NCBI RefSeq assembly: GCF_009834535.1
Contig: NC_045697.1
Span: forward strand, 95,916,001 to 95,980,000
Source of the DNA: Camelus ferus
Lineage: Eukaryota
Direction of reading: 5' to 3'
Length of the DNA: 64,000 bases
In this document: piece after piece, positions 27,375-38,064 of the stretch
How the letters are laid out: each line of letters starts with the position of its first letter
How positions within the stretch are numbered: the stretch's first letter is position 1
Notes under the pieces: model-generated
The model's input: the letters and a program-made list of their open reading frames with translations, nothing else
Database searches by the model: none
Told to the model about the DNA's origin: nothing
Program-made: the position numbers and the translations under genes

Positions 27375-28102
27375 ATAGTTTTTAGTTATCAACCTTAGTT
27401 CTCTATACAAACAAATTCAGTACTATTGGTCATTTCAAATACCTTAGTCTCTCCAATCTTGAGCTCTGTTTTAATTCCATTTATTATTGGATGAATTTTA
27501 TCAAGATATTTCATCAGAAAGAATTGATGAGCCTGTACAGAGCAGTGTGTTACAGCACTGGCCCTGGGGTTTCAACTTCACAAGAAAAATCCATACATTT
27601 TGTGTAACACTGGTTACCATATCAAAACTCAGTTTCCTCACTTTTAGAATGAGATTAGTAATGGGCTCAACAGGTTTTTCTTTCATTCCTTTTTTGACTG
27701 TACCTTTGCTAACAAAACACAATTATTTCTTTGAGAATACCAAGAATCTTTGTCTAAAAATTTTCCTGCATTTTAAGCCCTTCTTTTGTGTGCGTGGTGT
27801 GTTTTAACCAACACTGTTTGCTGTCTGCTTTTGTAACATTGTTTCTCTTTTCTAGTGTCTATGCACGTGGCCCTTGCTGTTTCTTCTCTAGCATTCATCC
27901 TTGTCTGAAGCCAAGTCTCCCTGGGCCTCTAGTTTTCTCATCATAAAGTGTAAGGAGCAGGCTCCCCAGGCATCTTTAACGTGGATATTTTCTAAATTTC
28001 CCTACCACAGCTGCTGAGACCTCTTCCAAGGAAATGAATCTATGCTCTTCTCAGTGTTTCTCCTGTCACTAATGATCACAACCTGCAGCCCACCTCCCCA
28101 CA

Positions 28103-28619
28103 ACTGACCAAGATAGCTTTAAAGTTCTCCTCAGCTTGACTAAACATTAGACAAGTTTCTTCCTGACTAGAGAGAGGCTCTGACCTCCGTTTTCTTTTGA
28201 GCATTTACTTTAGAAAACTTGCTATTGTAAATTCCTTCTCCACTCCTTTGAGTTGTTTTCGCCCAGCCTCTTGCTAGTTTTACAACCCAGGGATGTCCTT
28301 CTCAAGGACCTGGGAGCCATCCCTTTGAAATGTGATGATCAAGATAGGTAGTGCCTCTACCAGTCTCTGTGGGAGGGTAGTAGCCTAACTTCAATCAGTG
28401 CCAGTCATCAAAAACATATGGCTTAATCCCTTTGACCAACAGCCCTCCTAATATCCTCCAGCCCTTATCCACTAGCTCATCCCAGCACTTAAAAACTTTT
28501 TGTTTCCACACAGTTCAGTTCAGTGTCCCTCCACCATTAGGGATGTAATGCACAGCAACTGTCTTGAATAAAGTCTTCCCTGACCATTTAACACCGACAG
28601 GTGCAATTTCTCTTTGACA
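28103..28619 (+). mobile_element. MER34/MER39-like ERV1 solo LTR
   Basis: cagcttgactaaac..gagcatttactttagaaaacttg..ctcaaggacctgggagccatccctttgaaatgt; AATAAA at ~28567; ends ctttgaca. Confidence 0.75.
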
Positions 28620-28883
28620 ATTCTGGATAGGAATTTCCTATCCAGTTTTACTCTGCTATAATTTCCTCAATTTCACATCATTAATTACCTCTTTATATAT
28701 TATATAATTTACTTATTTATAATGTTTATTGTTCATTGTCTAGTTTCTACTAAAATGCAAGCTTTCAAAGTATAAAAATCTTTATCTGCTATTATCTTCC
28801 CCCTCTAATATATCCCAAATGCTAATAAAAAGTACCTGAAACAAAGTAAGCATTGTACTGTTAAATCCAAATTACTGTATTTA

Positions 28884-29023
28884 TTTATTTATTTATTTTT
28901 GGAGGGGTGTAATTAAGTTTGTGTGCTTGTTTATTTATTTTTAATAGAAGTACTTGGAATTGAACCTAGGACCTCCTGCATGCTAGGCACACACTCTACC
29001 ACTGAGATTTACCCTCCCCACCA
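28884..29023 (-). mobile_element. tRNA-derived SINE (Vic-1-like) with a 22-bp flanking duplication
   Basis: ggaattgaacctaggacctcctgcatgctaggcacacactctaccactgag; perfect direct repeat taaatccaaattactgtattta at 28862-28883 and 29024-29045. Confidence 0.9.
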
Positions 29024-29541
29024 TAAATCCAAATTACTGTATTTAAATTATTCTTCTTAGTTTCAAATTTGGAATCTGAGATGCTTTCTAGTTTCACTGA
29101 AATTAACATTATCTTTTACTTTTCCATGATATTCCTGTTTTCAATTGGTTTCAGAGAAGAGAGTGGATAAGAAATGTCTTTAATACTACATTCTCAAGCC
29201 AAAGACTGTTACTGTATTTTAAAACTAATTAACTTTTTAATTAAAATATATTTAAGGAAGATCTGTCTAATTTGCTTATTATTCATTCATTATTTACTTA
29301 ATGTAATAGCACTTGCTCTAAATGAACATATATTTTTTCATTGTTCCTTTAAAGTTGGCATAAAATGTGTGTAGCAGGTCTTATTTATTCCTCTTCTTTG
29401 ACTGAATCCAAGAAACTAAATATTCAAAATAATCAACAGAATATGTCACATTTATTTAGGTGATGATTGTTTATCCCTACCTTATAACCCTCACCAACAA
29501 ATCAACGCCTAGGTTAACAGTGCCCAAGAAATCCCACTAAG

Positions 29542-29573
29542 AGCAGAGGACAACTAAGCAGAGGACAACTAAG
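29542..29573. repeat. 15-bp tandem duplication (agcagaggacaacta x2)
   Basis: Read directly from the sequence. Confidence 0.9.
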
Positions 29574-30160
29574 ACCACATACTCCAGACAAGACGTCACC
29601 CCAGGAACGCATTCAGCTAAAGCCCCAGCAGTGGCTATGCTTTACTTCTGCATGAAAAGCCTTTATTCCTCTTAGTGATGTAGACGCAGAATATTCCAGT
29701 CTTTGCGGTATTCAAGTCTGTTTATCAGTCACAGAAATATTTTTTTCATCATCAAACGTGATTTGGAGCTCCTAAACTGATATAATAAGGGAGACTCTTG
29801 TATGACTTAGTTCTGGGATTCACATCTTTCCAGAGGGAAAGCATGAAGTACCATGAGAGATTTGAAATCTTCTCTCCAAAGCACACATATAAGAATGACA
29901 CATACCTGCTTATGGAACTAGGCTGCCACCCATCACCTCTAGAAAAAATTAAAATTTCAATTTATTTAAATTAAACGTTGCTATTTACCTACATACCTAT
30001 CTATCTATCCCTTTACAAAGTATTCTTCTCATTCTTCTTTCTGTAAAAAATTTACCTCATGTAACAATTTTTAGGCCAAAGAATCCTTGAAGAAAAGATG
30101 GCACGCTTAGGCTTGGGAGAGCATATTAGCCCCCTTTCTTTACTGGTCTAAAGCTAAGTA

Positions 30161-30446
30161 CAAGTCCACAGCTCTTTACCCTACATCCCTGGGGCAAAAT
30201 TGGTTTTGGAATTCAGAACTTTTCAGATTTTAGAAAGGTAATACAGTACATGCAACATGCAGTATGTTGAATATTATCCAAGCAGAGACTGGGGCAGCGA
30301 CCTTTAATCAAATACATAAATATTTCTGCAGTAAAACACATGACTATTCACACTGAATGAACCTGTACTAAACTTAAGGAGAAAAATGTTCATTTTTTTA
30401 TAGTTTTCAGATTTGGGAATTAGGAATAAAAGATTATAGATATTTG
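30161..30446. mobile_element. Old DNA-transposon (MITE) remnant, family not assigned
   Basis: Degenerate inverted ends (caagtccacagctctttacc and ggaataaaagattatagatatttg); internal ctggggcagc..taatcaaa..aatatttctgcag..tattcacact motif that I recognise from mammalian MER-type elements. Confidence 0.45.
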
Positions 30447-31102
30447 TCTGCGAAAATAGGGTCATGGCTTTTATTAAGAAACACAGATGTATCTTTCTTT
30501 TTTTTTTCCCCCAAATAAAGCCACACATTTAAAAATAAGTAGTTTCCCTTTTTCATTTTGGGGGAAAGAAGTTTGCAGGATTCATCTTTTGTTTGTGGTT
30601 AAAATGAGCTGTATCATTCTTTTCACTGATTTTCTAAAAGATCATTAATCTGTCCCAAAAGAACCAAAGAAGGATACAAAAACTCAATTTGCTTTGATTT
30701 TGTTTAGCCAATTAAAAGGCTAACAATTAAACTTACAAAAAAAAAAAAGGAGATACTAAAAACGGAGGAAAAGGAGAATTCATAAATCTAAATTAATAAA
30801 TCCACAAATCAAATGTTTCTAATGGGTTCTAGAGCTCCTAGATTTTAATAGTACCAGTGTTCTAGCTTAGTTTTAGATGTCACAGACATAACTCATGGTT
30901 CATTATTTTCTCTTCCAAAAATAACACAAACCATCACTAACGAAAATACTTAACAATCCAAGGCCAATATAACAAAAGCACGTTTTGAAATCTCTACCTT
31001 TCAGCTATTTATGCAAAATACCTGCATATATTACAAAAATTATATATTTTACTAGGCACACAGCACTGCAAAACTCAGGCATTGAATTTTTTTCCCAAAA
31101 AC

Positions 31103-31695
31103 TTGTTTTTCTTTTTAAATTGTATTATTATGGTAAAATAGATACCATATGAAACTTGCCATTTTAACCATGCTTAAGAGTACAATTCAGTGTCATTAAT
31201 AACATTCACAATATTGTACAACCACCTTCATTGTTTCCAAAGTTTTCTGTGACCTCTAACAGAAACTCTGTAACCATTAAGGAATAATTCCCCATTCTCC
31301 CTTCCCCCTAACTCCTGAAAACCTCAAATCTGTCTCTATGTATTTGACAATTCTAAATATTTCATGTAAGTGGAGTCATACAATATTTGTCCTTTTGTAT
31401 CTGGCTTATCTCATTTAACACAATGTTTTCAAGGTTTATCCACATTGTAGCATGTATTAGAACTTCATTTTTTATGGCTGAAGAGTGTTCTATTCATTGC
31501 ATGTATATACCACACTTTGTTACAACTTCATCTGATGGACACTTGGGTTGTTTCCTGTGAATAATGCTGCTGTGAACACAGGTGTACAAGTATCTGTTTC
31601 CCTGTCTTCAGTCTTTCTGGGTACACGTTGAGGAGCTGAACTATTAGGTCATAGGGTAATTCTCTGTTTAGCTTTTGAAGGAACTGCCAAACTAT
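31103..31695 (-). mobile_element. Older L1 (L1MA/L1MB-like) 3' end
   Basis: ccattttaacca..gtacaattcagtg..attcacaatattgtacaaccacc..aagtggagtcatacaatatttgtcctttt..gatggacacttgggttgtttcc..ggaactgccaaact. Confidence 0.85.
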
Positions 31696-31806
31696 TAGAA
31701 ACTGAGTTGTTGGGTTTTTTTGTTTTTTTTTTTAATTATTTTAAAAGAACTTTTTTTTCCTTACACACAATTTTAAACAACATGCATAGTATAAAAAATG
31801 TTATAC

Positions 31807-32527
31807 CGTCAGCTTCACAGGAGTTGTCTGAGGAATCATCATGCTTGATCGCCTGAAGACAGCCACCTGCTTTTCCTCCCTCAGAGATTCCTCCGCAGCT
31901 CCATGTCCTTATTCTTGCTCACGTTCTCGAATGACCTCACTGACTTCTTCAGAATTGTAGCGACAGATACAATCCTGTCAGGAACTTCATCCAATTGACG
32001 AGGCTTGACACTTGGCACAGTCCCTTCTTCCACAAGGCTGGTATCACTCCAGAAAGGACAGGGCGTTTTCAAGGGTTTACTTTGTACTATCTAAAGTAAT
32101 CAATTTTCAGAAGTTTCTGAAGTCTGGGGGAAAGCCTGTGGTTATTAAATCTATCAATGATTGCAATCTCACAGGTACAATCATCCCAGTAACCACTCAC
32201 CTGGCAGAAGCACCCCTGCGCCGCTGGCTCAGACACGCGGGAGCTACCGGAGCCTCGGTAGCCGGAGCCCAGCAGCCCCACCGCGCCCAGGAAGCCCCAG
32301 CCATAGCCCTCAGCTGCTAGTCCCGCTGCGCCTCAGAGGCCCCAGCGCTGGGGCGCCTGCCTTCTGTCAGCAGAGGAAGCCGGTGGGGCTGGCCTGACAG
32401 GCCCCACATCGGAGGCCAAACCTGGGCTCTCCTGCTGGGCCCTCCTGCTGGGCCACGGCCGCCGCCTGCCTACGCAGCCGGCAGGCGGCACAGGGCGCCT
32501 GCGCAAGAGGCCCGCTTCCTTTCTGGG
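31807..32527 (-). pseudogene. ERO1A: Retrocopy (processed pseudogene) of ERO1A, ER oxidoreductin-1 alpha: 5' UTR plus approximately codons 1-169
   Basis: Minus-strand translation [65 protein letters not shown], then (frameshifted) PCPFWSD..VKPRQLDEVPDRI..KHDDSSDNSCEAD, matches the ERO1A N-terminus as I remember it, rather than ERO1B. No introns in this stretch. Start-codon position reads GAG (32311-32309); TAG at 32089-32087; several frameshifts. Confidence 0.93.
32218..32527. promoter_or_regulatory. Small CpG-island-like segment (ERO1A exon 1/5' UTR-derived) with NRF1-like and ETS-like motifs
   Basis: About 24 CpGs in ~300 bp by manual count in a CpG-poor window; GCGCCTGCGCA at 32495-32505; CGCTTCCT at 32513-32520. 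Function is not demonstrated. Confidence 0.5.
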
Positions 32528-32582
32528 CACAGCTGTTTCTTATTCTCCGTAATTTGTCAAGACCCGATTCAAATGAAACTTC

Positions 32583-33494
32583 CTTTACTGTAGCCACATC
32601 CAGGTTCTTAATGTTACCGGGAAACAAAGTAAGAATCACCTCGGTTCTTTGTCACCTGAAAAAAGATTTTTGATGAGACAGAAAAGAGCATGATAACCAA
32701 AATTTTTATTAGTGAAAAAAAAAATAGTGAAAGATAGTACACTCCCGAGAACTGGGAGAGGGCCAATCCGAGAGAGGAAAAAATGGCGCCACTTTCTCCT
32801 TCCTACTGTTTTTATATCCTGGTTTGATGATTAATTAATTGATTAACTGATTAATTCCCTGCGCTCTGGTTAATGACAGCTCAGGTTCCCTGTGTTCTGG
32901 ATTGTCCCTTTCCCCTTTCTCTCCCTCTGCCCAGTGCTCATTTCTATCTAAACTACCTAACATTAATGTCTCCCAAATATAATCAAACCCAGCAGGACCG
33001 GGTGGGGCCCTCTTGGGTACAAAAGCCTTTCCAAATTCCCCATTTCTTATTTTCAGGAGAAAGGCTTCAGCCTCCTAGACCACCCCTGGGTACAAAAGGG
33101 CAGATTCAAACAGTTGCTAATCAGGAAGTAAGGGGATGCAGAAACAAAGGAGGAGCAATCAAGAAAGATAGTGCAGCGATTAAAGCAGGATCCTGGTTCC
33201 TGCTCAGGGGAACATTATCTTTGAGTACTTCGCAGGAGCTAAGGCCCCCGCCCAGGTAGCAGCTACTGCCCTGTTACCTCACACCCCAGAAGAAAGTCAC
33301 ACACCCTGCAGCCCTCATCCCAAATTTTGCCCCTATAAAAAACGTCTTCCTGAAAACCATGGGGTGGGGTTTTTTGAGCCTGAGCCACCCATTCTCCGTG
33401 CTTGACCCTGGAACAAATGTTTCTCTGCTCCAAACTCTGATGTTTTTATTTGTTTGGCCTGTGTGTCAGGCACACAAACTTGTGATCGGTAACC
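32583..33494 (+). mobile_element. Host solo LTR (ERV1-like), apparently split by the 32612-32962 LTR; 5' boundary uncertain
   Basis: U3-like repeats (tgggtacaaaag twice), TATAAAA at 33334-33340, ends tcggtaac. Confidence 0.6.
32612..32962 (-). mobile_element. Solo LTR, ERV1-like, 351 bp, same family as 10388-10750
   Basis: TGTTA...TAACA termini, 4-bp duplication TTAA (32608-32611 and 32963-32966), minus-strand TATAAAA (32816-32810) and AATAAA (32710-32705). Confidence 0.9.
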
Positions 33495-34246
33495 CTTTTA
33501 TGCTGTGCAGCTTCTATATCTGTCTGAAAACCAAGTGTCTCAGCCTACTACTCCTTAAAGATACAATTCAAATATCCACCTATCAGTAAAGACTTTTCTA
33601 ATTCACTAAAGCTATTAGTTTGCCCCATTTTCTAAATTTCTCTGAAAATATCTCTTTCACCACCTGATACATTTCAATATAGTTAGATGTGCATGCATAT
33701 ATTTTTTTCACGTCAAATCTTTGAGGGCAGGTAATATGACTATTATTTTAGAACTCTCTGAGAACAGAAAGATTTATTTTCAAGATAAAGAATAGTGCCT
33801 TGCCCACAGAAAAATATGTTTTAAAAAGTAATATTTTTGGATGAAGAATGAATAAAGTGAACTATACTCATTTATTATTTGGATTATAGTAGGTGATAGA
33901 GTAAACAGTTATGAATTACTTAATGAGATTCATTTCTTTAAATGTAGTACATAAAGTTGTACTTGGACCTAAGCTATTGTAGTTGCACATACAGTTACCC
34001 AACATCAGAAAAAAGCCAAGAACAGTATCAATTTATCAGAATCCCATTTTATTTCTTGAGCATTTTTTGGCTCTAAAATAATTGGGTATGCTTTTTTTTA
34101 ATCTTTTACACCTGCTTTTGAATTGCTAAATAACTTAAATTTGCAAATGCAAAAAACTCTTGAAGAATTAATATTAACCCCCTTCTTCATGGGAAAACAT
34201 TACATGGACATTCATTACGAGATTCTACCAGTATTTTTTTGGTATG

Positions 34247-34603
34247 TGCTATAGACTGACTATTTATGTTCCCCCAAAATTCATATGTTGAAACCTAATC
34301 CCTAATGTGATCATATTTGGAGGTGGGGCCTTCAGGAGGTCATTAGTTCATGTGAGCAGAGCCCTCCTGAATGAGATTACAGCCCTTATCTATGTGGCCC
34401 CAAAGAGCTCCCTGTCCTTTCTACTAGGTGAGGACAAAATGAGAAGATGACAGTTTATGAACCAGGGTGTAGGACTTCATTAAACATTGGCTCTACCAGA
34501 AACTTGATCTTGGACTTCCCAGCCTACAGAAATGTGGTAAATACATTTCTGTTGTTTATAGGCTATCCAGTCTCTGGTTATAGCAGCCTAGATGGTTAAG
34601 ACA
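34247..34603 (+). mobile_element. MaLR solo LTR (MLT1A-like)
   Basis: tgctatagactga..cccccaaaattcatatgttgaaacctaatccc..ggaggtggggcc..ttgatcttggacttcccagcct..ttatagcagcc..taagaca. Confidence 0.9.
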
Positions 34604-34664
34604 GAATCTAAAAATATTTATTAAAAAAAAATACCACATTACAGTTAAGAGAAAGAATCCTAGA

Positions 34665-35226
34665 TAAGATTACAGATAAAATATAGGCACCTTTACAATA
34701 CTTGGAATAAACTTATACAATAAAACCACTAAGTGAAGTAAGCCAGAAAGAGAAAGAAAAATACCATATGATATCGCTCATATGTGGAATCTAACAAAAA
34801 AAGAAAAAAAAAAAGGACACAAGGAACTCATCTACAAAACAGAAACAGACTTGCAGACATAGTAAACAATCTTATGGTTACTAGGGGAAGGGGGTGGAAA
34901 AGGATAAATTTGGGAGTTTGAGATTTACAAGTGTTAGCCCCTATATATAAAAATAGATTAAAGAAAAGTTTCTTTTGTCTAGCACAGGGTACTATGTTAA
35001 ATATCTTATAACAACCTTTAATGAAAAAAATATGAAAACGAATATATGTATGTATATGCATGACTGGGACATTGGGCTATACACTAGAAATTGACACATT
35101 GTAACTGATGGTACCTCAATTAAAACAAACAAACAAATGAACAAACAAAAGTTAATTCATCATTTATATGAAAATCAAATTAGCTAACATCCTGTAATTT
35201 TTATTTGCTGTATCTGACAACCCTAA
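34665..35226. mobile_element. MER53-like hAT MITE remnant split by a young L1 fragment
   Basis: Left part cagataaaatatagg..acttatac; right part catcctgtaatttttatttgctgtatctgacaacccta. Confidence 0.55.
34728..35150 (+). mobile_element. Young lineage-specific L1 3' UTR fragment
   Basis: actaagtgaagtaagccagaaagagaaagaaaaataccatatgatatcgctc..acaaaacagaaacagac..tgcatgactgggacatt..gaaattgacacatt, followed by an (AAAC)n tail. Confidence 0.88.
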
Positions 35227-35227
35227 T

Positions 35228-35370
35228 TCTGGAGCCAGAGGCTTAGTTCAAATTTTAACTCTACAATTGGTAGTTTTTATGAACTTGAGTATGTTGGTTA
35301 AACTCCACACCTTAGATTTCTCATTTGTAAAACTTAGCTTATAATAGTATCTATCTCACTAATAGGTTGA
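35228..35370 (+). mobile_element. MIR remnant
   Basis: ctctggagccagag-like start, gttcaaatt..gaacttgagt..tttctcatttgtaaaa..ataatagtatctatctca. Confidence 0.6.
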
Positions 35371-38064
35371 AAGTGTATATAGTATACACATATATATACA
35401 CACACACATACATATATGTTAAATATGTAATGTACTATGAAAAATATCTGGTTTATAGGAAGCATTATACATATGCATTATGGTATTTTTCAGCCTTTGC
35501 TGTGATAATGCCATGTAACTACCCCAAAACTCACTGGCTTACAACAACAGATATTTATTCCTTGTTCACTAGCCTATGGATCAGTGAAAACATCTTTTAG
35601 ACCGGGCCAGACAACCATCTATTCACATTCTTTTGGCCAAAGCAAATCATGTCACTAAACACAACATCAAGAAATAAGGAAGAATAATCCTCCTATAGAG
35701 GATGTGCTGTTGGAAAAGGGAATACACACTGGAACCACTGTCTACCAGTTATTATTAATAACTATAACAATTACAGTGATTATTTCTATTGTTCAGTATA
35801 CACTATTTCTAGGCACTAGAAACTCAGCAGGAAACAAAACAAAGCCCCTGTTTTAGAAAGCTTATATATCAGGGTAGAAGAGATAGACAATAAGGAAAAA
35901 GAATCAAGTGGTGTTCTTTACTCTGGGGAAAATTAATGGACACTAAAGGAGAAGGAGTCCTTAGATATTGGATACGTGGGAAAATACAGCATCCAAAGGG
36001 CAAACTCCACTGTGAAGCTACACACTACACTTACCTCCACAATGTGCGGTAATACCTGGTCATAATTCCGTCTCACAGAACTGCCCTTCCACTCAACTCT
36101 TTTTACTGTGACTTTGGAAATGTTCATTCTATAATAACTTTTTAAAAGCATACAAGTGCTCTAAATTTAGCTAAGTTTAGTGAAATTGAAGCATCAAATA
36201 CACAACCAGAAAAAAAAAATTGATCCTTATATGCTTTGAACATAAACACATTTCTTTTCATGAACCACTGTAAGCCTTCATGTGAATAGTACAAAGAAAG
36301 TTTTGTTTATTTAGCAATGTATTACTAAACAAATTGAATATTTACTGAATGATACCACTTGGTGAACTGACTTTCAATGAATTGTAGTATTTTGGAAAAT
36401 TGGCTTTAAGCCAGTTGACTGAGAGACACACTTACCATTCTTCTCCCAAGGGCACATGTACACACACACACACACAATTATATGGGGTTAAAACTGCCCA
36501 GAACACACTAAGGCAGGAAAAGTCGGGAGAGATGTTGGCAATGAATCATGTACTTTTGAAAGTGCAATGCTAACACACATAGTTCAATTAGGAAGAGTAT
36601 TAATACAGTGACAAAAAATCTCTAATAAGACACATGCCAAGAATATGGAGCATTTCAAATAGTCTACCTATCCTGAATCTTCACAGAAACAGGGAGCTGA
36701 GGCAGGGCAGGAGCGAAATTTAACATAGCAGAACCAGAACAGATAAATGTTCCATATGCCCCAAATTATACTAGAACGTACACTACAGCCATGAAAAGAA
36801 AATTCAACCAGCACACACTGGTCAATGAACACACCCAGGAAAAATCCTTCATACCTTCTTGACACATATATATCAGTGCAAACATTACTGAAGGAAAAAA
36901 AGGATGAAGTAACCATTAAAATAGACTGATGGACAGGAGAAGTAGAGATCCCATTCTGAAAACTTAAAGGAAGAACAAACATTTTTAACCTGATTTTCCG
37001 TAAGAAATAAAACAAAACAAAAGATAAACACAAATCATGAATAGGAATGATTAATAATTGCAGGTTGTAGAGAAAGGGGGAAAATCAGGGAACAACAGAA
37101 AGAGATACAAAGACTAAAAACAAGTTTAATGGAGCAGAAGATAAAAAGGAAGTATTGAAATGTATCTAAATTTATAAAGCATAATTAAAGTTAATATTAA
37201 AGAAACTAAATTCACATATGTTATTTGAAGAAAAATCAAAGGACAAAAAGGCAAATTTTGAAAGATTGCTCAGAGTATAAGGGTAAGGATAAAGAGATTA
37301 AGGTGAGGAAGATAATGATAAAAATGAGGAGAGAAAATGAAAAACCATTTTATAATGTACAGATGGGTGACTTAGCATCCAAGGCTCCACGGGTCTGTCC
37401 CTGGTTCTCGGCCATGTAGAGATATACTGGGCCACAGATGGGATTTCTGGAAGGGTGGAGGGTGACCCCAAAGCTGTTAAGGTCCACCCTTCTACTATAC
37501 AGAATTTTGCTCCCTGCAGCCAGAACTCAAGGGAGCTCCTTGGCCCTACCATCCAGGGCAGTGCCAGAGAGTCCACTGATTAGAGATACTTGGGAGAACT
37601 GACCCTTCAGAAGGCCCTGTGTATCTGGTTCAAAGGACCTACCAAGCTCTGCATCAGGAGTGCAGTTTGGGGAACCAATGTTCTAGAAAATGGCCTTCTG
37701 GGCTGGGGTGGCTCCTGTGCACAAATACCTAAAGCTCCTGGATGCCTGAGGGCAGGTGCTACAAGTGAACTGGGCATGCACACGCCCCCCCCCCAACCCC
37801 ACCCCTAACCAGGCAGCCAGGCTGCCTGGGGTTTCTGGGTCTGACCATGCATGGCCTGACCACACATGGGGAATTCTGGGGGACATAAAATGTTAAAGAA
37901 ATGATTTGTTAGATAACTTTATGGAAAGAATACAATCAAAATGGAAATTATATATACATTCAAACTGGAAGATTACTTCCTGTCAATGAAATAATAGCTA
38001 GTTATTCATATCTGACTAAAATCGTTCTTACTTACTATGAAGGCACATATAGTTTAAAAAGTTG

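Noticed and set aside
32195..32203. CAG|GTGAGT on the minus strand as a live splice donor of a real ERO1A exon 1
   Set aside because: The bases continue in frame as V-S-G-Y coding sequence, so this is a joined exon junction, not an intron start
32087..32281. 64-aa ORF with ERO1A similarity as a functional CDS
   Set aside because: Starts at a non-ATG codon, the original ATG is lost, and it stops well before the catalytic cysteines; downstream sequence is frameshifted
10388..32962. Full provirus bounded by the two homologous LTRs
   Set aside because: Opposite orientation, separate target-site duplications, and no gag/pol/env between them
32873..33259. Longest ORF in the track (128 aa)
   Set aside because: Spans the junction of two LTRs and resembles no protein I know; chance ORF
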